Source: Podarcis vaucheri (Eukaryota). From it: 64,000 bases of DNA. The position numbers and the translations under genes were made by a program. The stretch lies in assembly GCA_965113315.1 (NCBI GenBank), contig OZ220377.1; one strand, given 5' to 3'. Below are positions 1 to 13,829 of the stretch, one piece after another. The notes below the pieces were generated by a model. The model was not told where the DNA came from. It did not search any database and saw only the letters and a list, made by a program, of their open reading frames with translations. Every line of letters begins with the position of its first letter. Position 1 is the first letter of the stretch.

Positions 1-2137
1 TTACTTAATTCACAAAGAAAATGGCCTCGGGATAATAGCACTCAGAACATTATCAGTGGCTGGATCCCCTCCCCCCCACTTTTCACCTCTCAGTTTTTCC
101 TGTCTGCATCTGGGTTCCTTCATACTTCTACCACCTCGAGACTCTGCCATTTTATTCCTACCTGAGCATGCATACGTGAGGCCTTCCTTTACTTATAGGA
201 CATTCTGACAACATTGTGTTAGAATCTTTGGGTATTCATAGATCAGGGATAACCAATGGGGTGTGTTCCAGATGTTGTGAACCTCTACTCCCATTAACTG
301 TGGCTGGTCTGGTCAGTGGTCAAGCATATGGGAATTGTAGGGTTGTTGCCAATGCTAGTCCTACACAGAGCAACCCTGCTGAAATCAATTTCAACTGGTC
401 AACTCTGAAGAGAAGCTAGTTGGATATGACCCAGTGTCTATAACAGCTGGACAACACCACATAGGCTACCCCGGCTATAATTCTCATCCATTTTTTTCAT
501 GCTGGCTTTTTTGTGGGTGGGGAGGGGAGAATGAGAGAAAAAAGGGGGGACTGAGGAGAAAGGGAAGCTGCTCCTATTGCAATTTGCAAAGATCTCTCTG
601 AAGACTTTTGGAATAACAACTGCAATTACAATTGCACTGTTAGGATAGTGTTTTATTTTCAATCCCAGCCCATAGAGTTCAATTATTATTTTTATTAATG
701 GGGCCAGATTTTCATTGGAGTACAAAACAAGGTGGCTTTCTTTGGAGATCATTTGGTTCCTAGTGAGTGTCAGAGTAGCAAATGACTGTCTTTGGAGCTG
801 GGATGTAAGCAGTAAGCAGTTGTAGTTTTGTATAATTGCTATGTTAGAAAATAAATGGTGGATGAAAGGAAAAAGGGGAAGAAGAGCATTACATATTGAA
901 TGTTCTCCCACATTAAAAAAATAATCCCTGCAATATTTTTTTAAATGCTTTGTTTGTATATTTCTAGTCATTGATGGAATGCAAAGGCTGATACTAGGGC
1001 TGAGACTGGTTCTCTCACACACAGGAATGCAGAAGGCAAAATTGATTAAACCATTAAAAGAGGCATCCCCTCCCGTGTGAGAAAGGTAAACAGGAATGCT
1101 TCTCTTGAGATGGTTCTTTTCATTAGCAGTTTATGTAAGTACTTTGGTTAAACTTCATTAATGAAATGATTGGTCCAGGGATGAGGAACCTGCAGTGCTC
1201 CAGATGTTGTTAGACTCCAATTCCCATTAGCCCCAGCCAGCATGACCAATGGTCAGGGATGATGTTAGTGAAGTCCAATAACATCTGGAGCATTTGAACA
1301 GTCAACATTTCAGTTCTAATCTAAACTAGGTATGTTGAATGTGAATATTTATTTCAAACTTTAAGTTAGAAATAGGGAAGCCTCCAGATTAACATGCTGT
1401 TTGGGCTGATGGGAGTTGTAGTCCAATAACATCTGGAGGGCCACAACTCCCTACTCCCTTCTAGATATGATAAATGCTATAATAAGAAAGGTGTTGATCC
1501 ACTGGAGCAATTATAACAGAGCCTGTTGTTGAACTCACATTCATTTCAAGGTATTAAAGGGGCATAAGAATTAAGGCAAATAATCAAAATAATAATATTG
1601 ATGATGTTCCACAATTATAAGAATCATTTTTCTGAAACTTATAGAAATGACACCAAAAACCTGATTCATCTAATTGATGAATGTCCCAAACTGAAAACCA
1701 ATCTGATAAAAATTGCCACAGGTACAACTGAAATGCGACATATTAATAGTTTTACTCAGTTTTTTTCATATATTTCTTTCCCATTTTGTCAAAAAACTAC
1801 TGTTATATTTTATTCGGACTTGTCAGGAAAGATACACTTTCATTGGTTTGCTGAAGTTTTGAGCAGCTACAAAGCTTTTCCTGTCTAATTAAAATATATG
1901 GCAGCATCTACTGGCAAAATAATATGGTGTGCTTTCAAGTTTGAAGTGAGAATTTTGCTAGTACTCCAGTATTTTCAGAAAGCGCCATCTGCTGGATGCT
2001 ATGCACAATGCCTATAATTATGGAATATGACAGTGTGGTGCAGCAATTAGACCAGAGGTTACTAAATATTTTAGACCCACAGTCACATTTGTAAACCTGA
2101 TAAGCTGTTATTGGCATCACTCACACCACCTTGAAAA

Positions 2138-2139
<2 letters not shown>

Positions 2140-2211
<72 letters not shown>
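2140..2211. repeat. Compound (CA)n(GA)n microsatellite
   Basis: Seen directly. Confidence 0.98.
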
Positions 2212-2215
<4 letters not shown>

Positions 2216-2519
2216 ATACATGTGTAAAATATCCTGCTCATGTACATACAAACCCAACTGCAGTGTTCGAAACTTTTATTGTTCTAGGTGCATAATATTT
2301 TAGCTTCAGTTCATTCATTTTCAGCTTTGTATTCTTGTTATATAGAAAAAGCGCCTAGACATTCCGTTGTTGCGCCCATAACCTAGAATTAAGGTGCCTT
2401 TTAGCTCCTAGCTTTCATATATCAGTTTCTAACACTGCTGAACTGTGCACATGCTCGCACAAACCTGAAACAGCGAGCGCGTACACATACACACACACAC
2501 ACAATTATCTGAATTATTC

Positions 2520-2655
2520 TAGAACCTTCCCTGGTATCAATGTCATGCTCACTGGTCAGTAGTTACCTGGGTCTTCTCTCCACCCCCCTTTGAAGATGGG
2601 ACCAAATTTGCCCACCTCCAGTCTGTAGGGACCTCGCCTGTTCTGCAAGACTTCA
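2520..2655 (-). mobile_element. CR1 LINE ORF2 (RT-proximal) fragment
   Basis: Minus strand reads ...GPIFKGGWREDPGNY.PVSMTLIPG, a decayed CR1 'PIFKKG..EDPGNYRPVSLTSIPG' motif. Confidence 0.75.
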
Positions 2656-4299
2656 TCTCCCATCAGCCCCAGCCATTATGGCCTATGGTCAGGGATGAGG
2701 GGAGGTGCAGATCAACCACATATGGAGAGTACCACATTGGCTACCCTGATATATAGGATTTCAGCTTCCAAAATGATTGATGGTACAGCAGACAGCAACT
2801 CACCACTACATTACTTAGTGAGGGCCATTTATTTTAGTGGGTCTACTCTGAGTAGGATTAGGATTGAATGCAACTGAATGTTTGGGGGGTTGAGGGGGGA
2901 GGAATAGCATATTCCTAGTATTTGTTCTTTCCTCTTTTTTAATCCCTAGTTTCTATCCAGATTTAACCACAGTGGAACCACTCGGTGCTGGAATCTCAAA
3001 ATGATTACAGAGTAGAATTGTTCCATTTCACACAACTCTCATTGTGTGAATCCCCAAATTTTCCTCCGAGCCCCCCCCCTTTTCCCCCCTTCTTTTCTTT
3101 TTTGAGGAGTGGTGAGAGATGCACATGAAATAAAACACCATGGAAGTATTTGTGTCGGAGATTATTCTTATATTTGAGGTCTGCTCTATCAGATCTCACA
3201 AGCCAGATGGGATCATGTTGCTGGACCCCTCTGAAAGCGGCTTTATTCCTCACTCACCGAGGGCCATCTGAGCTGCTTGCTCACATATTATAATGCCAAG
3301 GGTAAACTATTTTCATCTGTCAAGTGTTAGAAGGTATGGACTGCGGCACCTGAAAAATAGCTTTGGTAACCTTGCGACTGTGTCCTGATAATAATACATG
3401 CTGATGGTGAGAGGAGAAAAAAGACAGGAAAACAAACAAACATAATTGTCCAAGTTGAAGTGGGGGGGGGGCTGTGTCTAGATTCTGGAATGCTTAAAGA
3501 CTGAGGAAGTTTGCATCAAAACACCCCAATTTGTTGTCTCCATCCTTTGCATGATGCTATTGGAATAAGGCTCTCTATCTTGCTGACCTCCCAGTTGGCA
3601 ATGCCAATGCTCAGATTTTCCTTCTGGAAGCAAGACTACTATTTTTTATGATGTTGTTTCCAGGGCAATTAAAATAGCTATATGGAAATGAGTTGATTCA
3701 TAATGTGCTGTTGATTTTCTCTCTGTCCCTTGAATATATTCTTAGTGACTTAATAACTATTTAGGAGGCAAAGGCAGAATGCTGCTCTGTTACACAAGGG
3801 TCTGAGGACCTGATAGCCCTTCAAGCCTTTGAACATATTCCAAGCAGGTAACAGCTTTGTGTGAATACGTTACTGGATATTTGGAAGGTTTATATTATAT
3901 GTTTAACTTAAGATGTATGCACTTAGGGCTATTGCATTCAGATTGTGAACTGATTATGGGTTTTTATTGGGGTTTGTTGTTCTTAAATTTGCAAATAATA
4001 ACAGCAGCAACAACAACAATGTAGGCTGCCAAAGGGCTTGAATTACTTTGAAGAGCTCTTGGGGGGAGGGGGAGAAATATTAAACACTTTGCTACTGCAT
4101 ATTAATAGTCAGTTCTCCATCCTGGAGAAAAGTACAAGAATTTTGCCCTACCCTCTGAAAGTGAAGCTTTCCCCTTTTGGTATTCCCCCAACCACATCCA
4201 TAAATTAAGAAAAAGGGAAAAAAGAGCACAGAAATCATTGAGCCCAGTCCTCATGCATACTATCCACTATTTCTCCAATGAAAACAGGGATGTCCTATT

Positions 4300-4485
4300 C
4301 CATCATCATCATCATCATCATCATCATTATTTCACCCATCTGACTGGGTTGCCTCAGTCACTCTGGGCAGCTTCCAACATATATAAAAAAATAATAAAAT
4401 TACACAGGGCTGCCTTCAGATGTCTTCTAAAGTTTGTATAGCTACTTATCTCCTTGGCTTGGGGGGTTGCATAACTCCATACCCT
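4300..4485 (-). mobile_element. L2-type LINE 3' end with (CAT)n tail
   Basis: cccatctgactgggttgcctcagtcactctgggcagcttccaa is the reverse of the tail at 46770-46830. Confidence 0.6.
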
Positions 4486-7329
4486 CACAACATTTATCTG
4501 ATGAAAATAGGGACAAAGCAGAAATTGGGACAGCTTCTGAAAATCTGGGGTTGTCCCTGGACAATTGGGGCATGTGGAGGGCCTGCTCATGGCGAATCCT
4601 TCCACCCCATGTAGCATTTAGACTTGTGGTCTAAAGTGGAACAGCCCAAAACAGGTTTATGGCCTGAAAAAGAAAGGGTGGGGAGAGAGATCCTGTGGTT
4701 GCATTGCTGTCTACTACAGCATGGGGAGGGGAACCCGCGGTTTTCCAGATGTTATTGAACTCCATCTGACCATCTGCCCCAGCCAGCTTTATGGTCAGGG
4801 GAATGATGGGAATGGTAGTCCAGCAACATCTGGAGGTTCACAAGTTCCTTACTCCTGTACTACAATATGCTGGCCTCTTAGCGTTATACAGACTGGAGGG
4901 GTCGAAAAAAATGATTTCACTAAATTTTGTATTTGGTTGCCTTTAGATGCCTATGGTTCTAGTAGGCCTGGAATACTTCTCCAAAATAGCCATGCATTTC
5001 AAATTAGGCCAGGTTTGCCTCAAGTACTTGAATGATTGAAATATGTCATGAAACAAGCTGTATCTTTCCACATGTGGCAGCAAGAGTTTGAGTCATGGCT
5101 GAAAATATCCTTATGTGAAGCCAAGCATGGGCCAAGTAGCCATTGGAGTCCCTGTTTAATGCCTGTGTGAATTTTGTCCAGGAAAAGTTGTGAAAGCCGC
5201 TTTCTAATTATATAAAAACCAGGAAAACCCATTCTGTGGCTCTCCCATTGCCCCTAAATCATACTTCTGTGGTGTTAAGCTCTGCCTCCTTTTTGCTTCC
5301 TCTCTCCCAAAGTCATTTTTATTGTAATACCTCCATAAATATTAATGCCTTTAGCAGATGCAAGCATGTAAAATATCTGGGTATATATAAAAGACAGCAC
5401 AGAACTCTTTTATATGGCTGCTTAGTTATCATTAGAGACTGGCTAGAAAATATCTGAAAGGAGGGGAAGGAATGAGTGACATGGTTCAACTAAAGGGGAC
5501 ACACACACACACACACACACACACAATCTTGAGCATATGTGAGTATTTAAAGAAGTTTAAAGCCAGAGGAAGAAAATTAGGCACTTTAATGTTTCTACTG
5601 GGGTTTAAAGCAAATAAAGCAGCCATAATAAGGCTGAGTGTAGGCAATGACCCATTGAAGCTGAAATGCTAAACATTCCTTGTGATTTAGGGTGCAGTAT
5701 TTGTTTGTGAAGAGGTTGAGAGGCTGATGTTGAAATGGTGGGGAACCATCGCTTGCAATTCAGGACTTTGAAGATGTTTCTAAGAAAGCACACTCAACAC
5801 GCTTATGGGGCGGCATCTTGATATAAGTGTGTATGGTGCTGTTATTGTCTTTGTTACCGTAAGGGCTGCATATGCTAGAGCAGCTCACTTGCTCCATAAG
5901 GAGCTCCACCTAGCCTTGAACTTCATTTGAACTGTGTCTATTTACACAGCTTTGGCACCTTCCCACGGAAATATACACAGGAACTCAGGAAGCTGCCTTA
6001 TTTAGGAGGTGATCTAGTCCACCTCTGCAAGTTTGCACACCGGGATCTTTCCTAGCCATAGCTTGAGACACCAGGGACTGAACCTGGAACCTTCTGAATG
6101 CACAGTGTGCAACTGACGCTGATCTACTTGGGTAATAGGGGCCCTGCGCTGCCTCAGCTTGACCTCAGTCGACCCTCTTCTCACCTACAACTTGTCCAGC
6201 GGCTGACACTGGCTCTAAGCTTTCTCCCTCATAGTCTCAGTGTTGCCCTTGGGCAACCTAATAGCAAGGAGGCCAGGGACAAAGTTCAAACTACAGTCCC
6301 CAAGATTCTTTTGGGGAAGTGCTTTAAATGTATGATGTGGAGCTGCCCTTTGGTGACCTGGTTTTGCCCAAATCATGTTGGAACTGGAGGGTGGGATGGA
6401 CTTTCTTTGGCGATCACTCGTAGCTGAGCAAGATTGTCTTCCAAGAATATGGTTTTAACATATGTGACTGTGGAGGCCAATTCTGGATCCGCCCATCCAT
6501 GGGATGGTAATATATAGATGAGTAAGGGTTTAGCGTTTAGCCACCCAACCACTACCCATTTGCTCCAAATATCAGACACCACTCTCCAAATGACTAGGGT
6601 ACAGTCAGATTTAAAGAAACTGCTCAGTTGGTTAGAGTGTGATGCTGAGAGGTCTCTGGTCATGCAGTTAGTTAGAGACTGGTTCAACTGAAAACAGATG
6701 GAAGACAGCTGTAACATCTTTTGTATGGCAGAATCCACACTCACTGCCTTGCTTTCAGGGCAGCCGATATGTGATCAGACCCTGACTACCCCACCCACAG
6801 TGTTTTATCTCGCTATGCAATTAATTTGTTGTGTTGTTTTCCATGGGAAATGGGGCCAAACTAGATGTGACATCATGCAATTGATGTGCACATTTCTAAT
6901 GATGTAAGTAGCCACGGGAAAGCCTCAGCAACTAGATGCCCATAGACGTGAGGACAGATTGCACTCTTTCCTTCCCTATACTATGGTTCCAACAAAAATA
7001 TATCTCATTTAATATCTCATAATTTTTGCATTTCAACGCATTCTTGTATCAATAGCACACATTCTTGTTATGGACTTCTGGGCCGAGACTGAGATGTCAC
7101 AGTTGTATCATGCAGACAAGCTTGTGGGTCTGTGCATCTATTTAGCAAACAATTGGAGGAGGATGTCAGAAGGAAGCTGCCACCTCAAAATGTTCCTCTA
7201 CCAGCTTTCCAGATGTTTTGGGATACAATTCTTATCTGCTTCAGCCAGCATGGCCAATAATCAGGGTTAGTGGAAGCTGTGCAGCAATGTCTAGAGGGCA
7301 CCAGATTGGTGAAGGCCGACATAAACAGT

Positions 7330-7790
7330 CCTGCCCGCAAAACCTTAGGGACTGACTTCTCCCATATGTTCCTCCTCTTCCCCCATGTGCACAGGGAAAG
7401 GCCTGCTCTAAATACTTTGTTCAGACTGAAAAAGTATAGGGCTTTATCAGTGGTGGCACCTACTCTAGAAATTGCTTTCTAGGCTGACTCATGAAATTTG
7501 GTCCTTCACAGTCCTTAGGAAAATGGGGAAAGGCTTAAAAAAAAACACTTCAAAGGTCACTGGATCTTATTTGATGAACTGGTTTGTTTCTTTGTTCCTC
7601 TGTTTATTAGAATTTATGCTGCAAATTGACCTGCTCTCTGAATCTTGTTGGCTATGGCTGTTCTTTCAAAATGTGTTGTTTTTGTTGTTTGGATTTTGTT
7701 GTTTTGAATTGTTCCAGAGTGAGTCACTCTGGAAGCCGCCTGACATCATTTTGAGAGGCATATCAATTTAAGACTGAATGAATACTTTAT
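7330..7790 (+). mobile_element. Old L2 LINE 3' fragment
   Basis: agggctttatcagtggtggcacctactctagaaattgct (RAFSV.AP.LWN-like), ending in ggaagccgcc... Confidence 0.55.
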
Positions 7791-9466
7791 TAGCTAAACC
7801 ATTCATCCACATGAGTGTGAGGCATGCTCAAAGGTCCAATATTGTATTAAAAACTGTTTTCAAAAAAGATTGCATTTGTTCATGAACAATATGGATCAGT
7901 GGAAGAAGCAGACACTCTGCCTCTCCCCCCCCCCACCCTCAGCTCCATCCTCTCTCTCTTCATACATTGGAGCTCAGCCTCCAAGTCAGAGAAAGCAAAA
8001 TGCTGCCATTAGTTGCTGGGTCCTGGATTTGCACACACCCCCTCTTTTAATCTAGGCTACAACAGCAGAAGACCCACAAGCCACAAGGCCATCCTGGGAT
8101 GCAGGATTTTCCCCATCAGGCAATCTTAGGAGGGATGATTAGTTCTTTAAGATTTTACTCATTCTCTTGCACAATATGAGATTTGGGATCAAACATAAAA
8201 AATGAATTTTTTATGAAATTTGGGGTTTATAAACCCTCAGAGTTTTAAACTCTACCACAGGGTGAATTGCAATTTTTGCATCTCTTTTAGTACATAATGT
8301 GGATAGCTATATATTTGCCAAGGGCCAACATTTGCCATTATCTACTCGCCCTAAAGTCTGGGCATCTGTATGGATTTCAGTGCAGTCTGTTTCTGAGCTA
8401 GCCAATGAGGTGTCCTCCAGATAGCATTGGGCTATAACTCCCATCATCCCTGATCATCAGCCATGCTGGTTAGGGATTATGGAAGTTGTAGTCCAAGAAC
8501 AGCTAGAGGGCACCACGTCACAAAAGCTGATCTATTTGTTCACAAAAGCTGCCCTGTTTGGGGCCAACTTAAATTTAACAATGGAGTTAATTGACAGTAG
8601 CCAGGAGTTTGTGTGTGTATACTTCAATATCCATCACACAAAGAGGTTTGGATCCTCTGCATTAGCCACAAAGGGAAGTTAGTACAGACATGGCAGGAAG
8701 GGGAAAATGACCTTGCTTTTAAGTAATCCCATTGAGAAAGTCACCAACTTAAAAAAATACAAAATACAAAATACAAAATCTGTTAATAAAGTTAAAAAAA
8801 ACCATTGGTATTTTAAAGAACATTTTAGGTGATATTAATATCTCATCAGTTTAATGATTTCCCCACACTCCCCATTCTTTTGTTGTTTATTATTTGCTGT
8901 TGGAAATGAATTGGATCTCTAAATATTTCCTTTGTCTGTTGGTAAAAAGAACCCACAATTTTTGAAGTTGGCAAAACTATGGTTTTATTGGAGATGTAAC
9001 ACTGGTGTGTATGTTTTGGAGGGGGGGGCGATATGTTTTTTTGCCTTATATTTCTATTGCTTGTTTTTCTTGTTGGTAAACCTTGGGAAAAATATACATC
9101 TTTCTTCTTTAAAGTTCTAATTCAAGGCATGAATGTGTGAGTTCTGGAGGGACTTTGGGACTGCGGTAAAAATTCGTTGTCATAGTAACAGAAAGGGAAC
9201 TAGGCCTAGCTCACCTGGGACTTTAACTTACTGCAAAAGCTGGGGTTTTTTTTTTTAGACAAGCACTCAGCAAGGGAAATAAATAAATAAATTGCTCATT
9301 GTGTTCCCAGCTGACTTTCAACTCCCGCCCCCCTCCGCAACTATTCAACCCTTATATGAATGCATTTTATTTTGTCCTGCAGCCTTCATGAATTTTCCGT
9401 GTCCCAGTTAAATCTGTGGGTTCCTCCCTCACCACTGCAATTTAGATGTACTACTAGGATACCAGG

Positions 9467-9505
<39 letters not shown>

Positions 9506-9554
9506 AACAGAAAATGTTTCCAGCTAAAACAAAGCTAGATAGATCACAGACAGA

Positions 9555-9935
9555 CCTAGTGATGGTGGAGAAATTCAGTTTTGTTTGCAATATAATCAGA
9601 AATTACTTAATTCACACATCACAAACCAATACATAACTGAAACACAATTATCCCTCGAAATTCACATTTCTCTGAATTTTGCGATGCAGATCTTTAGCCA
9701 ACCAGTTAACAAAAATGTGAATGTTAGTGAAAGTCACATACAAAAATGCATTGTGTTAGAAGAAATGGTTTTGAGAAACTTACATGCTAGTCAAAATGGC
9801 ATGCCAAACGTGTATATTAGAAAGTCGCATGATGGATACTTTTCATGAGTTTTTATTATTATTGCAAATTGCTGCAGAACTAAATTTGAGACCAGAAATA
9901 GGAGAAGCTGAAATGACAGATTCATCTATCCATGA
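9555..9935 (+). mobile_element. AT-rich non-autonomous DNA transposon (hAT/Ac-like MITE). Related copies at ~10700-11100(-), ~31440-31760(-), 37159-37456, ~40352-40783, ~54300-54887, ~59096-59450 plus 60390-60503
   Basis: Shared internal motifs (cacttctc..aattt, gcataca/aaaatg, gaaactgaaa..gacagattt). The best copy has AGGGATGG...CCATCCCT termini resembling Ac-type TIRs. Confidence 0.6.
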
Positions 9936-11229
9936 ACAGAGCCATTCTCATTTTTGTGTTTGGATGGTGTAAACTCTGAAAATATGTCTAGGAACCTTTT
10001 GTTTTCCCATTCTCTAGCAGTTGCACACAAAACATCTAATGTAGCATAGGATAATAGGTCACAAAGAGATCTGCTATTTATTCTGTAACCTCATTGTACA
10101 TCTCACCTGCCCAGTGTTTCATTTTGATTTGTACATCTTGTGCCCCCCGAGTCCCAAAATATGGAAACATCCATGTGTTTCCTGAGCATGTTTAAAATTT
10201 TCTCTTCTTTTTGAGTATTTTGAGTGTGGACCTAATATATTTATGACTGTATCAGTTGGGCAACTTTGAAAAATGGATAGTTACATCCCAAAATCTGTAA
10301 TTAATTTTCTCTGTTCCAAACCCCCCCCCCCCGATTTTTGGGTGACATTTACATCTGCTTGAGCATATCCAGATGTGGTGCCAGTTTCGTGATTTTTCCA
10401 TAGCACATATATAGAGCAGGCCAAATTGTATAACTGTTGATGCTGTTGAGGGAGGACTATGGGGGCAGGAGTCCAGGGTCCCACTCAGCAGAAACAAAAC
10501 AGAGCTGGCTCACACCATTTTGAAGCAAGTGAAATAATGCACATTAGCAACTAAAAAAGCCCACTCCTGAAAATATTAATTCCACAGGCTAAAATGATCC
10601 ACAGTGAATAACCTATTGTAGGTTGCTTGGTCCTGGGACAAACTGTCGTCCTGCTGGATAGGAAGCCATTCTTGCTGCACTGTTTCAGTGGCCACGACTG
10701 CAGATGGGCAAATAGGTCGATTCTAATTTCAGTTTCTGTTTTTTTCCAATCTTAAATTTAGTTTCCTACATTTCCCTAAGAACTGGTGATTTACTTTAGT
10801 TTATTCTTTTTTTAAAAAAAACCCTCATGAATGTTTCTTGGCATTTAAATGTGCATTTCTCTTAATAGACACATTTTTTTCAGGCAACATCCACATTTCC
10901 ATGTTACTTTCACAAATATATGGTTTTGTGTTTTTGTTTTTTGTCTTTAATACTATGTGTCTTCAATATAAACATTTTAAATCCCCTTTTTTGGGGTTGG
11001 AGCACTACATCCACTAAAACATGAAGCAGTGTGAATTGTGAAGGTTAATTGTGTTTTAGTTCATATATTGTTTTGGGGAAGGGAGAATTAGGTAGATTTG
11101 CATGCTGCCATGCTAGGGGCCGTAGCAGCAGGGCTCTCAGGTGTGTTGTTAAGAGGCCAGCTTAGCCCTGCTCTCAAAGCAATTTGCATTTCGCCTCTCC
11201 CCACCTTTGTCCTGACTGGCATTACCTAA

Positions 11230-11615
11230 CTGCTCTGTTGAATTGTACAGTCTATTCTACCACTTCCACATTTTACTAACTCGTTTCACTCCACGTGTAG
11301 ACCAGGCCTTAACCAATCCCTTTTCAGATTCCAAATCAAGTTCTATGTCTCAATCTTTAATAAATTAAAGGTACCCATGCTATTCATTCAGGTTTGGTGG
11401 GTGGTTGGAGGAAGGCACAACATGTCACAACAGATGCAATATTCAAGGGTAAAACTGATTTTTTCAAGGCAGTAAAACATTGCATTTTCAGTGCTGGGAA
11501 CACATGGACTGCAATAGAAGAATCTGTAACCATGGTGGTAAATAGAGAGGCAAAGAACAAGGTTGAGTGAACTGGGCTACAATTATTTATTTTCACTTAA
11601 GAGATCTGTTTGGGA
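11230..11615 (+). repeat. Arm A of a long inverted repeat (partner at 16573-16957)
   Basis: Reverse complement of 16573-16957 at roughly 80% identity by manual alignment, e.g. gaattgtacagtctattctaccac vs gtggtagaatagattgtacaattc. Confidence 0.92.
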
Positions 11616-11937
11616 TACTAAGTCCTTCAGCCTTTCAGCCTTCCTGCACTGCTCCCTCCCAGCGCACCATAACTCTGGGAATACGTTACAGGCTGCCCCC
11701 CTACTGGCAAGTCCCACAGCCCTGTACCAAATTCAGTCAATATATGCACAAATCTCAAGGGCCCTTGGAGATTATGTTTATTGACCCAGAAATGTACACA
11801 ATTCCCTCCTTGTGGAAAGATTGTGTGCACATTCTCCATGTAGCCTGGTGAATGTGCACAATGGCCAGTTGTTATGCACATTAATCACTCAACGTACAGT
11901 CCATATACAGTATATAGATATAAAGATTACAGTGCGG

Positions 11938-11973
11938 TAAACAAACAAACAAACAAACAAACAAACAAACAAA
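11938..11973. repeat. (AAAC)n microsatellite
   Basis: Seen directly. Confidence 0.97.
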
Positions 11974-13601
11974 CTCACTGCTTACCTGTTGGTAAAACAC
12001 AGAAGTAAATTAAATGCCACCTATAGGATATTGAAGGGATGCCATGTTGTTTTTGTTCTGGATAACAGACTTGTGTTTGGATTTTTTTTGTAGGAGTCTT
12101 TTGTAAGCCCCTCAGGGTTATAAAGCAGGATGCAAGTATTCAAAATAAATAAATAATCTATTTATTGTTATGTCCTGCAAATATTACTTTCTCTAATACT
12201 TTACAGTGTGGTGGAAAAATATGTGATGTGGAATGTTTCCCCATTCATATTTATAAATTGCATTTCTGTTCCCCTGGAGATCTGAGGATACTACACATTG
12301 TTCTTCACTCCCTCATCATTTTACCCCAGCACCCCTGGAAGATAAATTAGGCTGACAGGTAGAGACTTCCCCATGGTCAACCTGTGTGAGCATTACAGCA
12401 GATGAGGATTTTAAACAAGAAGGTCACATTGGCCTTTGTGTTGGACCACACTCACCGACCTCATCAGAATGTCTTCAAACATCCCAGTCTGACGCTTAAT
12501 ATTCATGTGCTGATTGGAACATCAGTGTGGAAGGTCTCTGTGCATTCAAGTGTTGTGTGCTGATGTTCTGTTTAATGCCTGTATATCAGGCTGTCCCCCT
12601 CCCTCCTCCATGCTTTAGTGAGGGGGGGGTGCTCTGTGAACAGCTCTTACATGAATTTCATATTTTATGTAAGCTCCCAGCAATTTTATAAAATAATCTA
12701 AACTGAGAGAGACTTGCCCAAGGCTATTCAGTAAGGTTGATGAGCCGAGTAGGGATTGGGCCCCGTGTCCCTCCACACCAAAACTCAAAATTCTGTCCAC
12801 TTCACCATGTTTGACCTCATTATGGCTTCTTCACTTTTTTAAGTATATACCTTAAAATGTAGTGTATGGATGAGATCACCACATAAAATTGTCTGACACT
12901 TAAACAGACCTTTAGTCCTTTGTCTCAGTATTGTCTGCCACAGGGATGGGGAGAGCCTGTGACAACCCCCCCCAATGTTGTTGGACTACAACACCTATCA
13001 TCCCTGACCCTCAGCATCTGGAAGGCCAAAGGTTCTCCAGCCTTGGTCTATCATGACCAACAGTTGATCTCAGAAAGAGGTCTTTTCCAGCACTGGTACT
13101 GAGACCCTCTTGTTGAGATGTTGAGGCTTCAACTCAACTTTTTCTATATATATAAAAAAGCCCTGCATACACTAATGAAAACACCAGGATTGGCTTCAGC
13201 TCCTCTGAATTTCATGCAAATCCCAGTTTCGCATCTACATAATGTGCGAATGTCACTTAGACCCAGATAAAGAGATATAAATTGCAGAGCTGCATTCATG
13301 AGTACACAAATACTTTTAGGGTTTTTTATGGGGGGGAATTCTATGTCTATTATCTTTATTTCTTTTTGTTTTATTGCTTCAAATTCCCAATGCAACTGTT
13401 CTTGCCTCTGTCCTCACGTTGGAAGCTTCACCTATTGTATTTTGCCTTGCTTGTCTGTGAGCTAAAAGTTTTTTTGTTTTTTTTTAAAGATCTCTGGTTT
13501 CTAATAGCAATAGGTATTTCTTTGCAGGGCAAATAAATTCCACAAGAAATGTCATTTTAATCTGTTTTAATTGACAGCATGCTTTTAAAACACTCTGTTG
13601 A

Positions 13602-13829
<228 letters not shown>

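Noticed and set aside
438-1022. 194-aa minus-strand ORF
   Set aside because: Non-ATG start, no recognisable domain, low-complexity AT-rich intron sequence; consistent with a chance ORF.
4238-4441. Poly-His ORF
   Set aside because: Translation of a (CAT)n microsatellite at a LINE tail.
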